Source: a virus (Duplodnaviria > Caudoviricetes). Taken from it: DNA of 57,628 nt. Position numbers and translations under genes: made by a program. The stretch lies in the IMG/VR virus record IMGVR_UViG_3300048833_000443, positions 1 to 57,628 of that record; one strand, 5' to 3'. Below are positions 45,693 through 55,305 of the stretch, piece after piece. The notes below the pieces were generated by a model. That model searched no databases. It saw only the letters and a list, made by a program, of their open reading frames with translations, and was not told the DNA's origin. Position 1 is the first letter of the stretch, and every line of letters begins with the position of its first letter.

Positions 45693-45842
45693 TTAGGACC
45701 CGGACGACTTGGCGATCTTCCACCCCTTGCTCTTCCACAGGGTCTCGAAGGACCGGCGGGTCACCTTGGCGGTGCCCTTCGTGGTGGGGTTCTCGATCTC
45801 GATGAACTCGTTGTGATCGGTCTTGGTCGTGGCTTCGGCCAT
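45693..45842 (-). CDS. Small 49-aa virion-module protein
   Basis: RBS AGGAG; MAEATTKTDHNEFIEIENP...WKSKGWKI. Confidence 0.65.
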   Translation of the reverse strand: MAEATTKTDHNEFIEIENPTTKGTAKVTRRSFETLWKSKGWKIAKSSGS

Positions 45843-45845
45843 GGG

Positions 45846-46289
45846 TCAGTCTCCTGGTGTGACGGTGATGATGAACCGCTCGGGAATAGTGTAGACCCTG
45901 CGGTCGGAGGGTCCCTCAGGGATCGGCACACTCGGCCCACCGGACGGTGATCGGTCGATCACCTTGTACCCGGCGACCACCGGCCCTGAGACTTGGAACG
46001 CTCCCGAAGGAGACCGGCGCGCGAGCATCGTTCGCCGCACGGCGTCAGACATCCAGCGGGCCTGCTTGACCGTCAGACCGATGGAGTTGACTTGCACGAT
46101 CATCGACGCCATCTCGTCAGGCAGCGAGAGTGAGCCGCTATACGTCGTTCCGTCGATGAAGATCACGACGGCGTAGGGGGCCTTGGCATTCTCCGGACTC
46201 TCGTGGTCGCCGATGTCCTTGCCGGTGCCGGTGCTGAGGATCTCGATGACCCAGTCAACGATCGGGGCGACGTCTTGGATGGAGCTCAT
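45846..46289 (-). CDS. Tail terminator protein
   Basis: GDHESP...PYAVV...VQVNSIG...QARWMSD; gene position. Confidence 0.75.
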   Translation of the reverse strand: MSSIQDVAPIVDWVIEILSTGTGKDIGDHESPENAKAPYAVVIFIDGTTYSGSLSLPDEMASMIVQVNSIGLTVKQARWMSDAVRRTMLARRSPSGAFQVSGPVVAGYKVIDRSPSGGPSVPIPEGPSDRRVYTIPERFIITVTPGD

Positions 46290-46690
46290 AGCCGCGTCAC
46301 CGCCAGTCCGACAGCGCGCTCGTAGCGGGGCATGATCTCCTCCACAGCCGGCCACACGTGCGGGAACGGCGGCTGGTCGTAGGCACGGCCGAGCGAGTCG
46401 ATCCCGGTGAAGCCGAACTCGAGCCGACGGCCCTGCGGCTTGCTGGTGCCAACGTCTCCGACCAGAGCTCCAGCTTCGGTGTAGTAGCGCACGTTCCAGC
46501 TACGGCGGTAGTCGCCGGTCGGGGCGTTCGGTCCAGGTCGTCCGGAGGCCTTCGCTTGCACACGTGTTTGCAAGAGTTGCGAGTACGTGCGGGTGACCTC
46601 GTTGACACGAGGCTGCACCTCGACCGCTGCGACTCGAGCAGCGGACGCCAGCTCCTTCGCACCCTGCGCGACGACTCTCGTGAGAATCAC
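46286..46690 (-). CDS. HK97 gp10-like tail completion protein
   Basis: TGDYRRSW...VGT...LEFG...QPPFPH.PA. Confidence 0.8.
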   Translation of the reverse strand: MILTRVVAQGAKELASAARVAAVEVQPRVNEVTRTYSQLLQTRVQAKASGRPGPNAPTGDYRRSWNVRYYTEAGALVGDVGTSKPQGRRLEFGFTGIDSLGRAYDQPPFPHVWPAVEEIMPRYERAVGLAVTRL

Positions 46691-47130
46691 CGAACCAGCT
46701 CCCCGTGGAGCGTTCGCTGAATCAGCATCGTCTTGGAGAACGAGTCGACGATCGTGTACTCCTGATCGACCAGCTGCGGATCACGTAGGGATGACACGAC
46801 GCGAAGGATCGAGCCCAGCGGGACGGTCGGTGCGTCCCATGGGATGTCGATCCGACTCTCAGACATCACGAGCGGCTCGTCGCCACGCTCGCCGCTGTAT
46901 CCGGTGCCAGGCGTACGCGAGATCCGACAGCGTCCTTCCAGCAGCCGATCGCTGTCCCCCAGGGTGTCAGGCCCGTAGACGATCGTGCTCGGCGGACGAA
47001 CGAGGTCCCCGGTGTCGGGGTCCAGGACGCCGGTCGAGGCCGGAGCGAACGTGATCACGCACACGTCACTCATCAGCTCGAACACCGCGTCACGCGCCGG
47101 TCCGAGGTCCGGCCCCGTCTCAACCGCCAC
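46687..47130 (-). CDS. Head-to-tail stopper (DUF6093-like)
   Basis: LMSDVCVI...DPDTG...VY.G.CR...DPQLV. Confidence 0.75.
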   Translation of the reverse strand: MAVETGPDLGPARDAVFELMSDVCVITFAPASTGVLDPDTGDLVRPPSTIVYGPDTLGDSDRLLEGRCRISRTPGTGYSGERGDEPLVMSESRIDIPWDAPTVPLGSILRVVSSLRDPQLVDQEYTIVDSFSKTMLIQRTLHGELVR

Positions 47131-47473
47131 TGAGGTACTCCTTCAGGACAGCGATCGTCGCCTCGACCGGGTTCATCCCATCGAGCGTGTCCGGCCGGTC
47201 CAAGACCTCGCGAGTCAGGGCCTCCACGTCGATGCCACCAAGCCAGGCACTCATCGCTTCCGCGCCAGACTCCGCCGGCGTCACGACGACGACGCCCTTG
47301 CCTTCGATGGTGCCGCCAGTATGAGAGAGCTCGAGGATCAAGCGTGGAGGGTTGTTGCCTTCCGCGTCCCACACGGCGCGGTAGACGTTCTTTGTGACGT
47401 CCGCGCCGTTCACGACGACGCTGGCACGCAGCCCGTCGTGCTCGATCTTGAAGTCTGCCAACTCTGCGTCCAC
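47120..47473 (-). CDS. Hypothetical protein in the head-tail module
   Basis: 117-aa ORF with RBS AGGAG. Confidence 0.65.
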   Translation of the reverse strand: MDAELADFKIEHDGLRASVVVNGADVTKNVYRAVWDAEGNNPPRLILELSHTGGTIEGKGVVVVTPAESGAEAMSAWLGGIDVEALTREVLDRPDTLDGMNPVEATIAVLKEYLSGG

Positions 47474-47476
47474 GGG

Positions 47477-48367
47477 TCATCTGCTCCTTGAGACTCGGCG
47501 GCGGCGTGCCGCCCGGCGCGCCTGCGCCTGTCGTCGTGCTGCATCCTGCGCGGCTTGCGCCCGCGTCTGCGATGGAGACACGCTACCACGTGCCTTGCGA
47601 GCGTCGGCAGCGGAGCGCAAGTCCGGTCGTGGACCGAAACCGCGTCGGCAGTTCGGATGCGACAGCGGGTGGCTCTGCGCCTCGGCCGCCGTGACGATCC
47701 TACCCAGGGCCTGCGCCGGGTCGCTGTGCGCGATCCAGCCGCAACCCGGGCCGTCGAACACCTCGAAGTACAGCGTCCCGTTCTCGACGGCGAAGTTGAT
47801 GGTGCCATCGTTGTACGCGACGCCCGTCTTGGTTCGGATGGCCATCTCAGCGTACTCACCGAGCCCGTGGCGCGCTCCGTTGCGGTACGTGATGGCGGCG
47901 ATCCCATTGTCCGCGAGGTCCTTCGCCAACGCAGCTGCCTGGCGCTGTGCGGTGTCGTCGATCGTTGCGCGGAGAGCACGCAGCTTCGCCGACTTGCGAA
48001 TGAACGTCTTCACGTCCCTACGAACGTACCGCGTTGCGCTCAGGAGATCATCGTACAGGTCCACGGCGTGGCGCTTGAACGCTTCCTCGTGGAAGTTGGT
48101 CCACGTGAACTCACCCAGTGAAGCGGCGGTGGCCCCGGCCTCGTAGACACCAGGCATGACGTCGCGGATCCAGGTTGCGGTCGCCGCGTCGAGGTTGTCG
48201 AGCTGGAGCTCAACGATCCGTTGGAAGCGCAGGAGTCGAGCTCGCTGCGCCTCGCGACGAGGGTCAGCGACGATCCGCTGCTGCTGCTCGGAGATGAGCT
48301 GCCACACCGATCGGTACGCGGCTCGCAGGTCCTCGGACGCCGCTGCAGCCTCTCCGGCGCTGGCCAT
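47477..48367 (-). CDS. MuF-like minor head protein
   Basis: YAEMAIRT...DGPGC...HPNCRR. Confidence 0.8.
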   Translation of the reverse strand: MASAGEAAAASEDLRAAYRSVWQLISEQQQRIVADPRREAQRARLLRFQRIVELQLDNLDAATATWIRDVMPGVYEAGATAASLGEFTWTNFHEEAFKRHAVDLYDDLLSATRYVRRDVKTFIRKSAKLRALRATIDDTAQRQAAALAKDLADNGIAAITYRNGARHGLGEYAEMAIRTKTGVAYNDGTINFAVENGTLYFEVFDGPGCGWIAHSDPAQALGRIVTAAEAQSHPLSHPNCRRGFGPRPDLRSAADARKARGSVSPSQTRAQAAQDAARRQAQARRAARRRRVSRSR

Positions 48368-48370
48368 GCC

Positions 48371-48706
48371 CTACCGCCGAGCTCCTCGGCGAACGAGCTG
48401 CTGCGTGCCACTGGTGCTCGACGACGGATCGACGAGAACGAGGGCCTCGTTGTACCCGTTCAGCTCAGCAAGCTGGCGCTCGAGGCTGGTGATGTTGCTG
48501 GCCGTGGACTGTGAGTAGTCCCCGGCGACAGCGAACTGCGACGGCTCCGCCTGCAGCTTCGCGAGGCGCTTGCGCAGGACGGACACCACGACAGCCTTCG
48601 GGCTGCCGACTCGGTCGAAGATCTCGTGGAGATCGTCGTCGGTCGGAGGCGTCTTGTCCGAGATCCAGTCGCGGACCGTCGCAAGCTGCCCGGAGGTGAG
48701 GGTCAC
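48371..48706 (-). CDS. Head-to-tail adaptor
   Basis: Helical 111-aa protein, second gene after the capsid gene. Confidence 0.65.
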   Translation of the reverse strand: MTLTSGQLATVRDWISDKTPPTDDDLHEIFDRVGSPKAVVVSVLRKRLAKLQAEPSQFAVAGDYSQSTASNITSLERQLAELNGYNEALVLVDPSSSTSGTQQLVRRGARR

Positions 48707-49044
48707 GACCGCAGCTCCTCAGCTCGATGGCGGATCGCGGCGAGGATCACCGCGTCGCTGGCGTCGGTTGGGAAGTGCTCGCCTGCGACGAGCTGCAGCC
48801 CGTTCGCGATGAAGAGCAGCTCGTCACGAGTGCTGGACTCGGAGGCGCCGGTCATCAGAGCGAGCATGTCGTTGCTGGTTGGGCCGGCGGTCACGTCCGC
48901 AGACTCGTTGGGTTCATCGCCTTCCCACACGCCCGGCATGGTGATCAGCGCCACGGCCCACTCCGGAACGTCATCGTCGGGGCCGAAGGTGACGGGCAAG
49001 AGGGTCGACGGGTCTCGGACCACCACGTGCGTTCGAAGCTTCAT
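48703..49044 (-). CDS. Small virion-associated protein
   Basis: FGPDDDVPEWA..LIT.P.VW motif typical of genes after actinophage capsid genes; HeH-like C-terminus. Confidence 0.7.
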   Translation of the reverse strand: MKLRTHVVVRDPSTLLPVTFGPDDDVPEWAVALITMPGVWEGDEPNESADVTAGPTSNDMLALMTGASESSTRDELLFIANGLQLVAGEHFPTDASDAVILAAIRHRAEELRS

Positions 49045-49080
49045 CGTCTTTCGTCTTTCCTTAGGAGTAGAAGAGCTGGT

Positions 49081-49104
49081 GGCCGGGGCCCGAAGGCCCC
49101 GGCC
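49081..49104 (-). terminator. Perfect 10-bp hairpin with cTTCGg loop after the capsid gene
   Basis: GGCCGGGGCC-TTCG-GGCCCCGGCC. Confidence 0.75.
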
Positions 49105-49123
49105 GGTCCGCTGCCCAGCGGGA

Positions 49124-50188
49124 TCAGAACTGCGCGATCACCGTGGTGGTGGGGTCGGAGACGTCCACCTTGAGGGTGAAGAGCAGCTCGGAGTTGGGGA
49201 CCACCGGGAGCGCCACGCCCGAGCCGACCGTGAAGGTCTGCACGGGGTGGTCGTTCTGGGTGACCACCGCGACCAGGCCGGAGGCCTGACGAGCGGTGAT
49301 GTACCCCTTCGACGCCAGCAGGACGCCCTCGGCCGTCGGGCCATAGAGGGTCTCGCCGTAGCGCTCGGCCGGCAGCATCAGGACGTACTCCGGAGGGAGC
49401 ACGTACTTCTGCACGCCGTTGTCCCGGACCATCGTGTCGTAGAACTCGATGGCGGGCAGGCCCTGCTCCTGCAGGACGGCCTGGATGTCGTCGAGGCGGA
49501 CGCGCACGGGGACGTTGCCGCCGCCGGCGACGTAGTCCCGCACCTCGTCGTTGACCAGGAGCGCCGGCAGCCGCAGCGACGACATCACGATCTTGCCGAT
49601 GCGGGTGCCCCGGGCGACCGCCGCCGCCTGGATCGCCAGCATGTCGGTGATCGGGGTCGCCGTGGCCTTGTTGGCCACGGTCCACGCCGTCGACACGGTG
49701 ACCTTCTGGTCGGTGGGCATGCCGTAGTCCACCTCGAGCGCGAGTCCGTGCTCGTGGAGGGTGCACTTCCCGTCGATGAGGGTGTCGAACCGAGCGACCT
49801 CGATGCGGGCCTCGACGGCACGGATCATGCGCTCGGTGTCGTCGAAGATCGCGTTGACGATCTCGTCGTTCGAATCCCGCTCGAGGGCTCGGAGCCGAAG
49901 CCCCTCCTCCTCGGACAGCGCGATCTGCCGGGAGACCGGCGCGATCTCGCCTCGGATCCGAGCGACGCCCGGGCGACCGGTCATGGGAGCCGGCACGTCC
50001 CACGGGCGGTACTTGGCGATGTCGACGTCGGTGAGGCCAGAACGCTTGAGGGCGTACTCGATGTCATCGACGGTGCGGTTCGGCAACAGGGTGTTGCCGG
50101 TGAAGGTGTTGGTGAGCACCTCGTTCGCGAACCGGCGGGCGTAGCCCACCAGCTCGGTCGGGTCGGCCAGGTCATAGACGAGGGTCAT
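49124..50188 (-). CDS. Major capsid protein (lambda E-like family)
   Basis: 354 aa, very biased codons, AVEARIEVAR, VDYGMP, GETLYGPTAE; follows the decoration gene. Confidence 0.9.
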   Translation of the reverse strand: MTLVYDLADPTELVGYARRFANEVLTNTFTGNTLLPNRTVDDIEYALKRSGLTDVDIAKYRPWDVPAPMTGRPGVARIRGEIAPVSRQIALSEEEGLRLRALERDSNDEIVNAIFDDTERMIRAVEARIEVARFDTLIDGKCTLHEHGLALEVDYGMPTDQKVTVSTAWTVANKATATPITDMLAIQAAAVARGTRIGKIVMSSLRLPALLVNDEVRDYVAGGGNVPVRVRLDDIQAVLQEQGLPAIEFYDTMVRDNGVQKYVLPPEYVLMLPAERYGETLYGPTAEGVLLASKGYITARQASGLVAVVTQNDHPVQTFTVGSGVALPVVPNSELLFTLKVDVSDPTTTVIAQF

Positions 50189-50190
50189 GA

Positions 50191-50904
50191 TCAGACCTCC
50201 CCTTCGAAGCGGATGTGCGGGACGTCGGCCTCAGAGGTCGACGGGATGGCGAACGGGAGCTTGGCCCGATCGACGACGCCCATCCAGAAGAGCGCGAACC
50301 CGGCGCGCCCGGTGGTGTTGGTGGGCTTGACCTGGACGTCGTTGAAGAGCAGACCTTCGAGGGTCTGGCCCGACTCGTCGTCCGCGCCGCCGGCGGTGCC
50401 GGTGGCGATGGTCACACCGGGGCTGGACCCGCCGGTGAGGGAGTTGGTGCCAACCGTGAGGGCCGGCACGTTCTCCTCGGCGAGGTCACCGGCGTACGTG
50501 ACGGTGTAGGGGCCGCCGGTCGAGCCGGTGACCACGACGTTGCCCTCGCCCAGGATCGCCTCGAGGCGGCTCTGGACGGTGGCGGCCGACGCGTTGTGGT
50601 TGATGGTCGCGGTCGGGTCGTCGGCGAGCGTCGACGCGAGCGTGTAGTTGCCACCGGTCGGCGATCCCGTGATGGTGATCGTCTGGACCTCGGTGGTCGG
50701 GGGGTCGTGGGGCTCGAAGAGCCCGGTGGTGCTGTTGTACGCGACCGGCGTCCCCGAGGGGATGTAGCCGTTGGCCGCGTAGTACGAGCTGTCGAACGTG
50801 GAGAGGTCGAGCGTGCCGGGCCGGCACTGGTCGAAGCCGAGACGCGACTTCGCCCAGGACCGATCACCGTTGCCGAACGTCTCTTCGACGATGGCCAGGT
50901 CCAT
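50191..50904 (-). CDS. Head decoration protein with an inserted beta domain
   Basis: GTLDLS.F...NGYIPSGTP...GLL...V..AKLP flanking EVQTITITGSPTGGNYTL...GGPYTVTY. Confidence 0.8.
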   Translation of the reverse strand: MDLAIVEETFGNGDRSWAKSRLGFDQCRPGTLDLSTFDSSYYAANGYIPSGTPVAYNSTTGLFEPHDPPTTEVQTITITGSPTGGNYTLASTLADDPTATINHNASAATVQSRLEAILGEGNVVVTGSTGGPYTVTYAGDLAEENVPALTVGTNSLTGGSSPGVTIATGTAGGADDESGQTLEGLLFNDVQVKPTNTTGRAGFALFWMGVVDRAKLPFAIPSTSEADVPHIRFEGEV

Positions 50905-50934
50905 GAGGGACCCTCCTTGTGGTTGTGATCAGGA

Positions 50935-51681
50935 TCAGGTCTTGCCGTGGCGGGACTCGAACCGGTCGTCAGCCTTCTTGAACCCGTCCACTTCCTTGGG
51001 TCGCTTGCGCTTCCCTCCGGGAGAGGCCGGCTTCGTGTCAGGCGTGGCGTCGTCGTCGTCGTCGTCGTCGTCGGCGTTGTCGGTTGCGAACAGGACCGGC
51101 CACCGCTCCTTGTAGGCGTCGACCGCGTCTGCGATCTCATCCTCATCGGCGCCCGGCTTCAGGTCGATCATGCGAGCCATCTCGGCCAGCTTCGTCCTGT
51201 CTGCAGGAGCGCCGACCGCGAGGAGCGCCATGCGGATGTCCGCCTGAAGCTCCTTGCGGGCGGCAGCGTCGGCAGCCGTCTTGGCCTTCGACTCGCGCTC
51301 GACGACTTCCTTGTCGTCGGGCCCAGTGTCGTCGTCGGCCTTCGGCGGCTTGGACGCGGAGCGCGCCTTGGTGATGAAGTCCTCAGCTTCTTCGATGGTG
51401 TCGAACCCCAGCTTCTCCATCAGCTCGCGGATCGCTGCCCGCTTGCCCTGGCGCTTCTCCTTCGCGCCGAAGCGCGTCAGATCGTCCTGGGTGAACTTCT
51501 TGGCGTCACCGGCGTCGTCATCATCGTCATCATCGTCGTCATCATCGTCACCGGCCGGGCCGTCCCCGCCTCGAACCTGAGGAACCATGCGGTGCAGGTC
51601 CTCCAGGTACCAGAAGCGATGACCGCCCAGACGAACGTCGATGGCGGCGGTGGTGGTGTCTGCTTCGGAGCTCGTGATCAA
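50935..51681 (-). CDS. Capsid scaffolding protein (start approximate)
   Basis: PQVRGGD followed by poly-Asp, FTQDDL, coiled coil, WPVLF; lies between portal and capsid genes. Confidence 0.8.
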   Translation of the reverse strand: MITSSEADTTTAAIDVRLGGHRFWYLEDLHRMVPQVRGGDGPAGDDDDDDDDDDDDAGDAKKFTQDDLTRFGAKEKRQGKRAAIRELMEKLGFDTIEEAEDFITKARSASKPPKADDDTGPDDKEVVERESKAKTAADAAARKELQADIRMALLAVGAPADRTKLAEMARMIDLKPGADEDEIADAVDAYKERWPVLFATDNADDDDDDDDATPDTKPASPGGKRKRPKEVDGFKKADDRFESRHGKT

Positions 51682-51775
51682 GGCGTGTCCTGTTCTTCCG
51701 ATCCCGCGTGGTTCACAGGGCGGGTCCTGGTCCAGGTGATGCAGCCTGGTCTGCTGGTGTTCACGGTAGCACACC

Positions 51776-53440
51776 TCACGTGAGTTCGGGTGCCACCGGA
51801 TCTGGGAGCGGCCCAGGACGTGCCCGACGACGCACATCGTCTTCGGGATCTTGGGCTGGTTCGTCCTCTTGACTTGGGAGATCGTCTGGGATCGGCATCC
51901 CGAGGTAGCGGAACGCCTCCCGCTCATCGCCGGTCGCTGAGGTGATGGTCTCGGCGCCTTCGAAGTCGGTCTCTCGGATGCGCCTGACCTCGTCGGCTGC
52001 GTTCTCAATCGGCAGCCCGGCCTCGACGAGCATCGCAACTGCGGTCTCGAGCGACACTCCTCGAGGCCGAGACTGCAGGAGGTTGGTGACGTTCTTGATC
52101 GTGTACTCGAGATCGCTCGGCAGGAACGCCCCGGGCTTCAGCGTCGGCCACTCTTCATCCTCACCAGGCTCAGCCGGCAGCCCTTCCACACCGATGGCTT
52201 GCTCGAGTCGGTGAGCGAACTTGAAGATGAGTGGGTACTTCTCCTCACGCACGAGCCGCATGCGGAAGATCATGGCGGTCAGCGGCGCGAACCCGAGTGC
52301 GAACGCCAGACCGGACGGAACCTCAGAGGGTCGAACGCGTCCGATCACCGACTCCGGCAGGTGGCTGTTGACCGCCAGCCGCGCAAGCAACTTGTCGAGG
52401 TACTTGATGAGCGCGTCGAGTGACTTGCTCGTGTCGATCGTTGAGAGGCTGCCGCCGAACACCGTGCCCGGGCCGTACGTCTCGACGCGCTTGCCATCGG
52501 TGTCTTCGATGGCGGCCAACGCGCCGTCTGCGGCGAGCGGCGGGAAGCCGGCAATGGCGGCGCCCTTCGCCAGGTCCGAGTCCGTTGCTTGGATCTCATC
52601 GAGAACCTGCAGCACAGTCGTCAGAGATGACTTGCCGAAGTGCTCGTCGTCATCGCGCAAGGTGTTGGGCAGGTGGACGATCGGGATGAAGTCGATCTTG
52701 AGGTCCACCTCCCGCAGCTCGTTGCCCGACGCGTTGGTGTACCAGCGTGCCTTCTGCAGCGGGAGCGTGTCGTAGTCCTGCGCTGGCTCCACCTCGAGGA
52801 GTGACCACTCTGCGTCGGAGTAGAGGCACGTGGTTGCACCGTCACGCTCCACGAGATCCCAGGTCATCCGTCGGATGTAAGACACGGGGTGCCCGCTGTC
52901 GTCGGAGCGCTCGAACTCCCAGGCAATGTGGACGCGGTCGGGGAACTCCTCGTTGCTCGAACCGTCGAGGATCGGGAAGTACGACCCGGGATCGAAGGTG
53001 CGCATGTACACGCGCTTCTTCACCCCGTCGGTCCACATCACGAGAACGCCGTCACCGAGCCCGATGGCCTTCTCTTCGAGCTGGTACACCTTGCGGGTCA
53101 GGTGCCACGTCTTGGCACGCTGGGTCGCCCAGCGCTCGAGGGCGTCGTTGGACGGGCACGTGACCGAGACGTCGTTCCCGAGGATCGCGGAGAGGATCGT
53201 GTCCACGATCACCTGTGCGTCGCCGAGCTCGCGCCGATCCTTGCGGATGTCCTCGTCGGCCGGCGCCAGGTCGAGGAAGAACCGGCTGACGTTCTCGAGG
53301 TACGAGGTCAGGATGACGTACGCGTTGAGCCGACGCCGCTGGTCGCCCACCCACGAGGCGATCGTGGTGGAGTTGACCGGCACCTGCCGCGACTTGAAGT
53401 CGAGGCCGGCCCAGGTGTCGAGAACGAGGTCGCGATCCAC
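51776..53440 (-). CDS. Portal protein
   Basis: 554 aa; GDGVL, FIPIVHLPN, HFGKS, PSGLA, SLETAV; gene position. Confidence 0.85.
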   Translation of the reverse strand: MDRDLVLDTWAGLDFKSRQVPVNSTTIASWVGDQRRRLNAYVILTSYLENVSRFFLDLAPADEDIRKDRRELGDAQVIVDTILSAILGNDVSVTCPSNDALERWATQRAKTWHLTRKVYQLEEKAIGLGDGVLVMWTDGVKKRVYMRTFDPGSYFPILDGSSNEEFPDRVHIAWEFERSDDSGHPVSYIRRMTWDLVERDGATTCLYSDAEWSLLEVEPAQDYDTLPLQKARWYTNASGNELREVDLKIDFIPIVHLPNTLRDDDEHFGKSSLTTVLQVLDEIQATDSDLAKGAAIAGFPPLAADGALAAIEDTDGKRVETYGPGTVFGGSLSTIDTSKSLDALIKYLDKLLARLAVNSHLPESVIGRVRPSEVPSGLAFALGFAPLTAMIFRMRLVREEKYPLIFKFAHRLEQAIGVEGLPAEPGEDEEWPTLKPGAFLPSDLEYTIKNVTNLLQSRPRGVSLETAVAMLVEAGLPIENAADEVRRIRETDFEGAETITSATGDEREAFRYLGMPIPDDLPSQEDEPAQDPEDDVRRRARPGPLPDPVAPELT

Positions 53441-53486
53441 AAGCGCCTACCTTAGCTCGGAGGTCCGTCACTCACGTGTGCGGTCA

Positions 53487-54287
53487 CTAACGGAACCACT
53501 TGGCGATGTCGTACTCGCTCCAGTCCCACGCGGGAATGCTGCCGAAGCCGTCTGGGAAGAAGTGCGATCCGAGTGACGTGGTCACGGTCGCGCCGGCGTT
53601 CTCCAGCACGGTGGCTGCCGCCGCGTACGGGACGACCTCGTCCGTGGTTAGGAGGTGTGCCTTGGTTCGGCTGCCGATGAGCGTCATCGGACCGGCGTTG
53701 GCCGCCGGGTTGCAGTCTGCGGCCGCCGTCAAGAAGGAGGCGCGATCCGTGCCGCCGTGAACGTTGAGCAGCGACTGCCGGATGGTCGTTGCGCCTGGCG
53801 CCAGCGACGTGTTCGCGAGCGTGGTGTCCCAGGTCGCTCCGAAGTCGGTGAGAGGTAGCAGGAGGTAGATACGACCGATCATGTTGGAGTTGCGCCACGC
53901 CCAGTTCAAGGCGTTGCACCCACCCATGGACGTGCCGAACAGGTGCACAGCCGATGCGTCGAGCCCATCGGCTTCGGCGGCATCCACCATGTCATCGAAC
54001 GCGCCAAGACCGGTGCCACCTACGTCGGGGAACGTGTCGGTTGGGTGACCCCAGTTCGATCCTGTGAATGGGATGTAGAGCGTGTACCCGTTCGCGATGA
54101 GGAAGTTGAGGTACCCGATGCGCATCAGGTCGACGGTCTGAAGCGCGGTCTGGGCTTGAGGCCAACCGTGAGTGACGATGACCGGGTGCAGCCCATCCTG
54201 CGTCTTGCCAGCCAGGCGGTAGTACGTCGTGCCGCCGCGAACACCCAGGGTTGTGGTACGCGGCTTCCGAGGATGTAGGGTAGGCAT
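53487..54287 (-). CDS. Alpha/beta-hydrolase (esterase)
   Basis: VTHG, nucleophile elbow GTSMGG, DEVVP, GSH; TGATG overlap. Confidence 0.8.
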   Translation of the reverse strand: MPTLHPRKPRTTTLGVRGGTTYYRLAGKTQDGLHPVIVTHGWPQAQTALQTVDLMRIGYLNFLIANGYTLYIPFTGSNWGHPTDTFPDVGGTGLGAFDDMVDAAEADGLDASAVHLFGTSMGGCNALNWAWRNSNMIGRIYLLLPLTDFGATWDTTLANTSLAPGATTIRQSLLNVHGGTDRASFLTAAADCNPAANAGPMTLIGSRTKAHLLTTDEVVPYAAAATVLENAGATVTTSLGSHFFPDGFGSIPAWDWSEYDIAKWFR

Positions 54288-55291
54288 CAGACCAGCTTCT
54301 GAACGAGGAGGTACGGGACCGAGCCAAGGGCTTCGAGCATCAGCAGCGACGCCGTCACGTCCGTGCTCGTCGTCCGGGCGGCAGCCACTCGAACCTGCAC
54401 CGTGTCGCCGGGCGTCAGCGAAGCGAAGCCGGTGGGAGCCACGCCGTGACTGTTGTCGAGCGCAGCGACCCAGCCGAGAGCAAAGGCGGTGAGGTCGGTC
54501 AGCGATCGCTGCTGGCCAGTTGCCATGGTCTTCCAGGTGGTGCCGCCGTCCTTGGTGAACTGCAGCACAGCATTGATCGCGCGGGTGGTGCTGTTGGCGC
54601 CCTGGGAGAGGCTCACGGCACCGAACTCGGCGCGGATCACCCGACCGTCGTACTCGAACGGGTCGGAGATGAGGCCAACGATCCCGGACGGGGTAGTGCC
54701 CAACGTGAACGAGGACGAGGAGGTCGGGGTGAGGATGTCGGCGATCTCCGCGCCGGTTCGGACGTCGATGATCCAAGCGCCTGAGCCGAGTGGTCCGATC
54801 TTCAAGTAGCCGATGCCCTCGTCCTCGGCGTAGTACCGGAACCCGCTGGGGACGTCCTCCGGATCTGGGATGTCCGCGATGTCACCGGCGTCGGCGGCGA
54901 TCGGCCCCTCGGGACCGGGCGGACCTTCCCGAACCACGATGGTGCCGCCGGACCCTGGGTCGGAGATGGTGACGTCGGAGAGGTCCAGCGTCCCGCCGGC
55001 CGGCACCTCGATGTAATACGTGGAGCCACCGGTGAACTGCTCGACGACGCGGTAGCTGAAGTCCGTCGGCTCGATGTCCGGGTCGTCCGTGGCCGGCAGC
55101 GTGACCGACAGCTCGCCGTCCTCGTCGATGTCGGCGGAGATGGTCTCTCCGATGACGATCGTGTCAGTCGCGGGACTCACGAGCCGTCCCACGACGGGAG
55201 TGAAGAGCAAGAAGCCCTGCACCGGGTCGCCGGTCAGGTCAACGAACTTGCCGGTGACCGTTCCGGTCTGGAAGTCTGCGGGCAGTGCCAT
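54287..55291 (-). CDS. Probable virion fibre or minor structural protein
   Basis: N-terminal LSVTLPATDDPDIEPTDFSYRVVE domain common in actinophage tail proteins; short GPPGPEGP collagen-like stretch. Confidence 0.7.
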   Translation of the reverse strand: MALPADFQTGTVTGKFVDLTGDPVQGFLLFTPVVGRLVSPATDTIVIGETISADIDEDGELSVTLPATDDPDIEPTDFSYRVVEQFTGGSTYYIEVPAGGTLDLSDVTISDPGSGGTIVVREGPPGPEGPIAADAGDIADIPDPEDVPSGFRYYAEDEGIGYLKIGPLGSGAWIIDVRTGAEIADILTPTSSSSFTLGTTPSGIVGLISDPFEYDGRVIRAEFGAVSLSQGANSTTRAINAVLQFTKDGGTTWKTMATGQQRSLTDLTAFALGWVAALDNSHGVAPTGFASLTPGDTVQVRVAAARTTSTDVTASLLMLEALGSVPYLLVQKLV

Positions 55292-55305
55292 CGGATGAAC
55301 GCTCC

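Noticed and set aside
51049-51549. (TCG/TCA)n tracts as regulatory microsatellites
   Set aside because: They encode the poly-Asp stretches typical of scaffolding proteins
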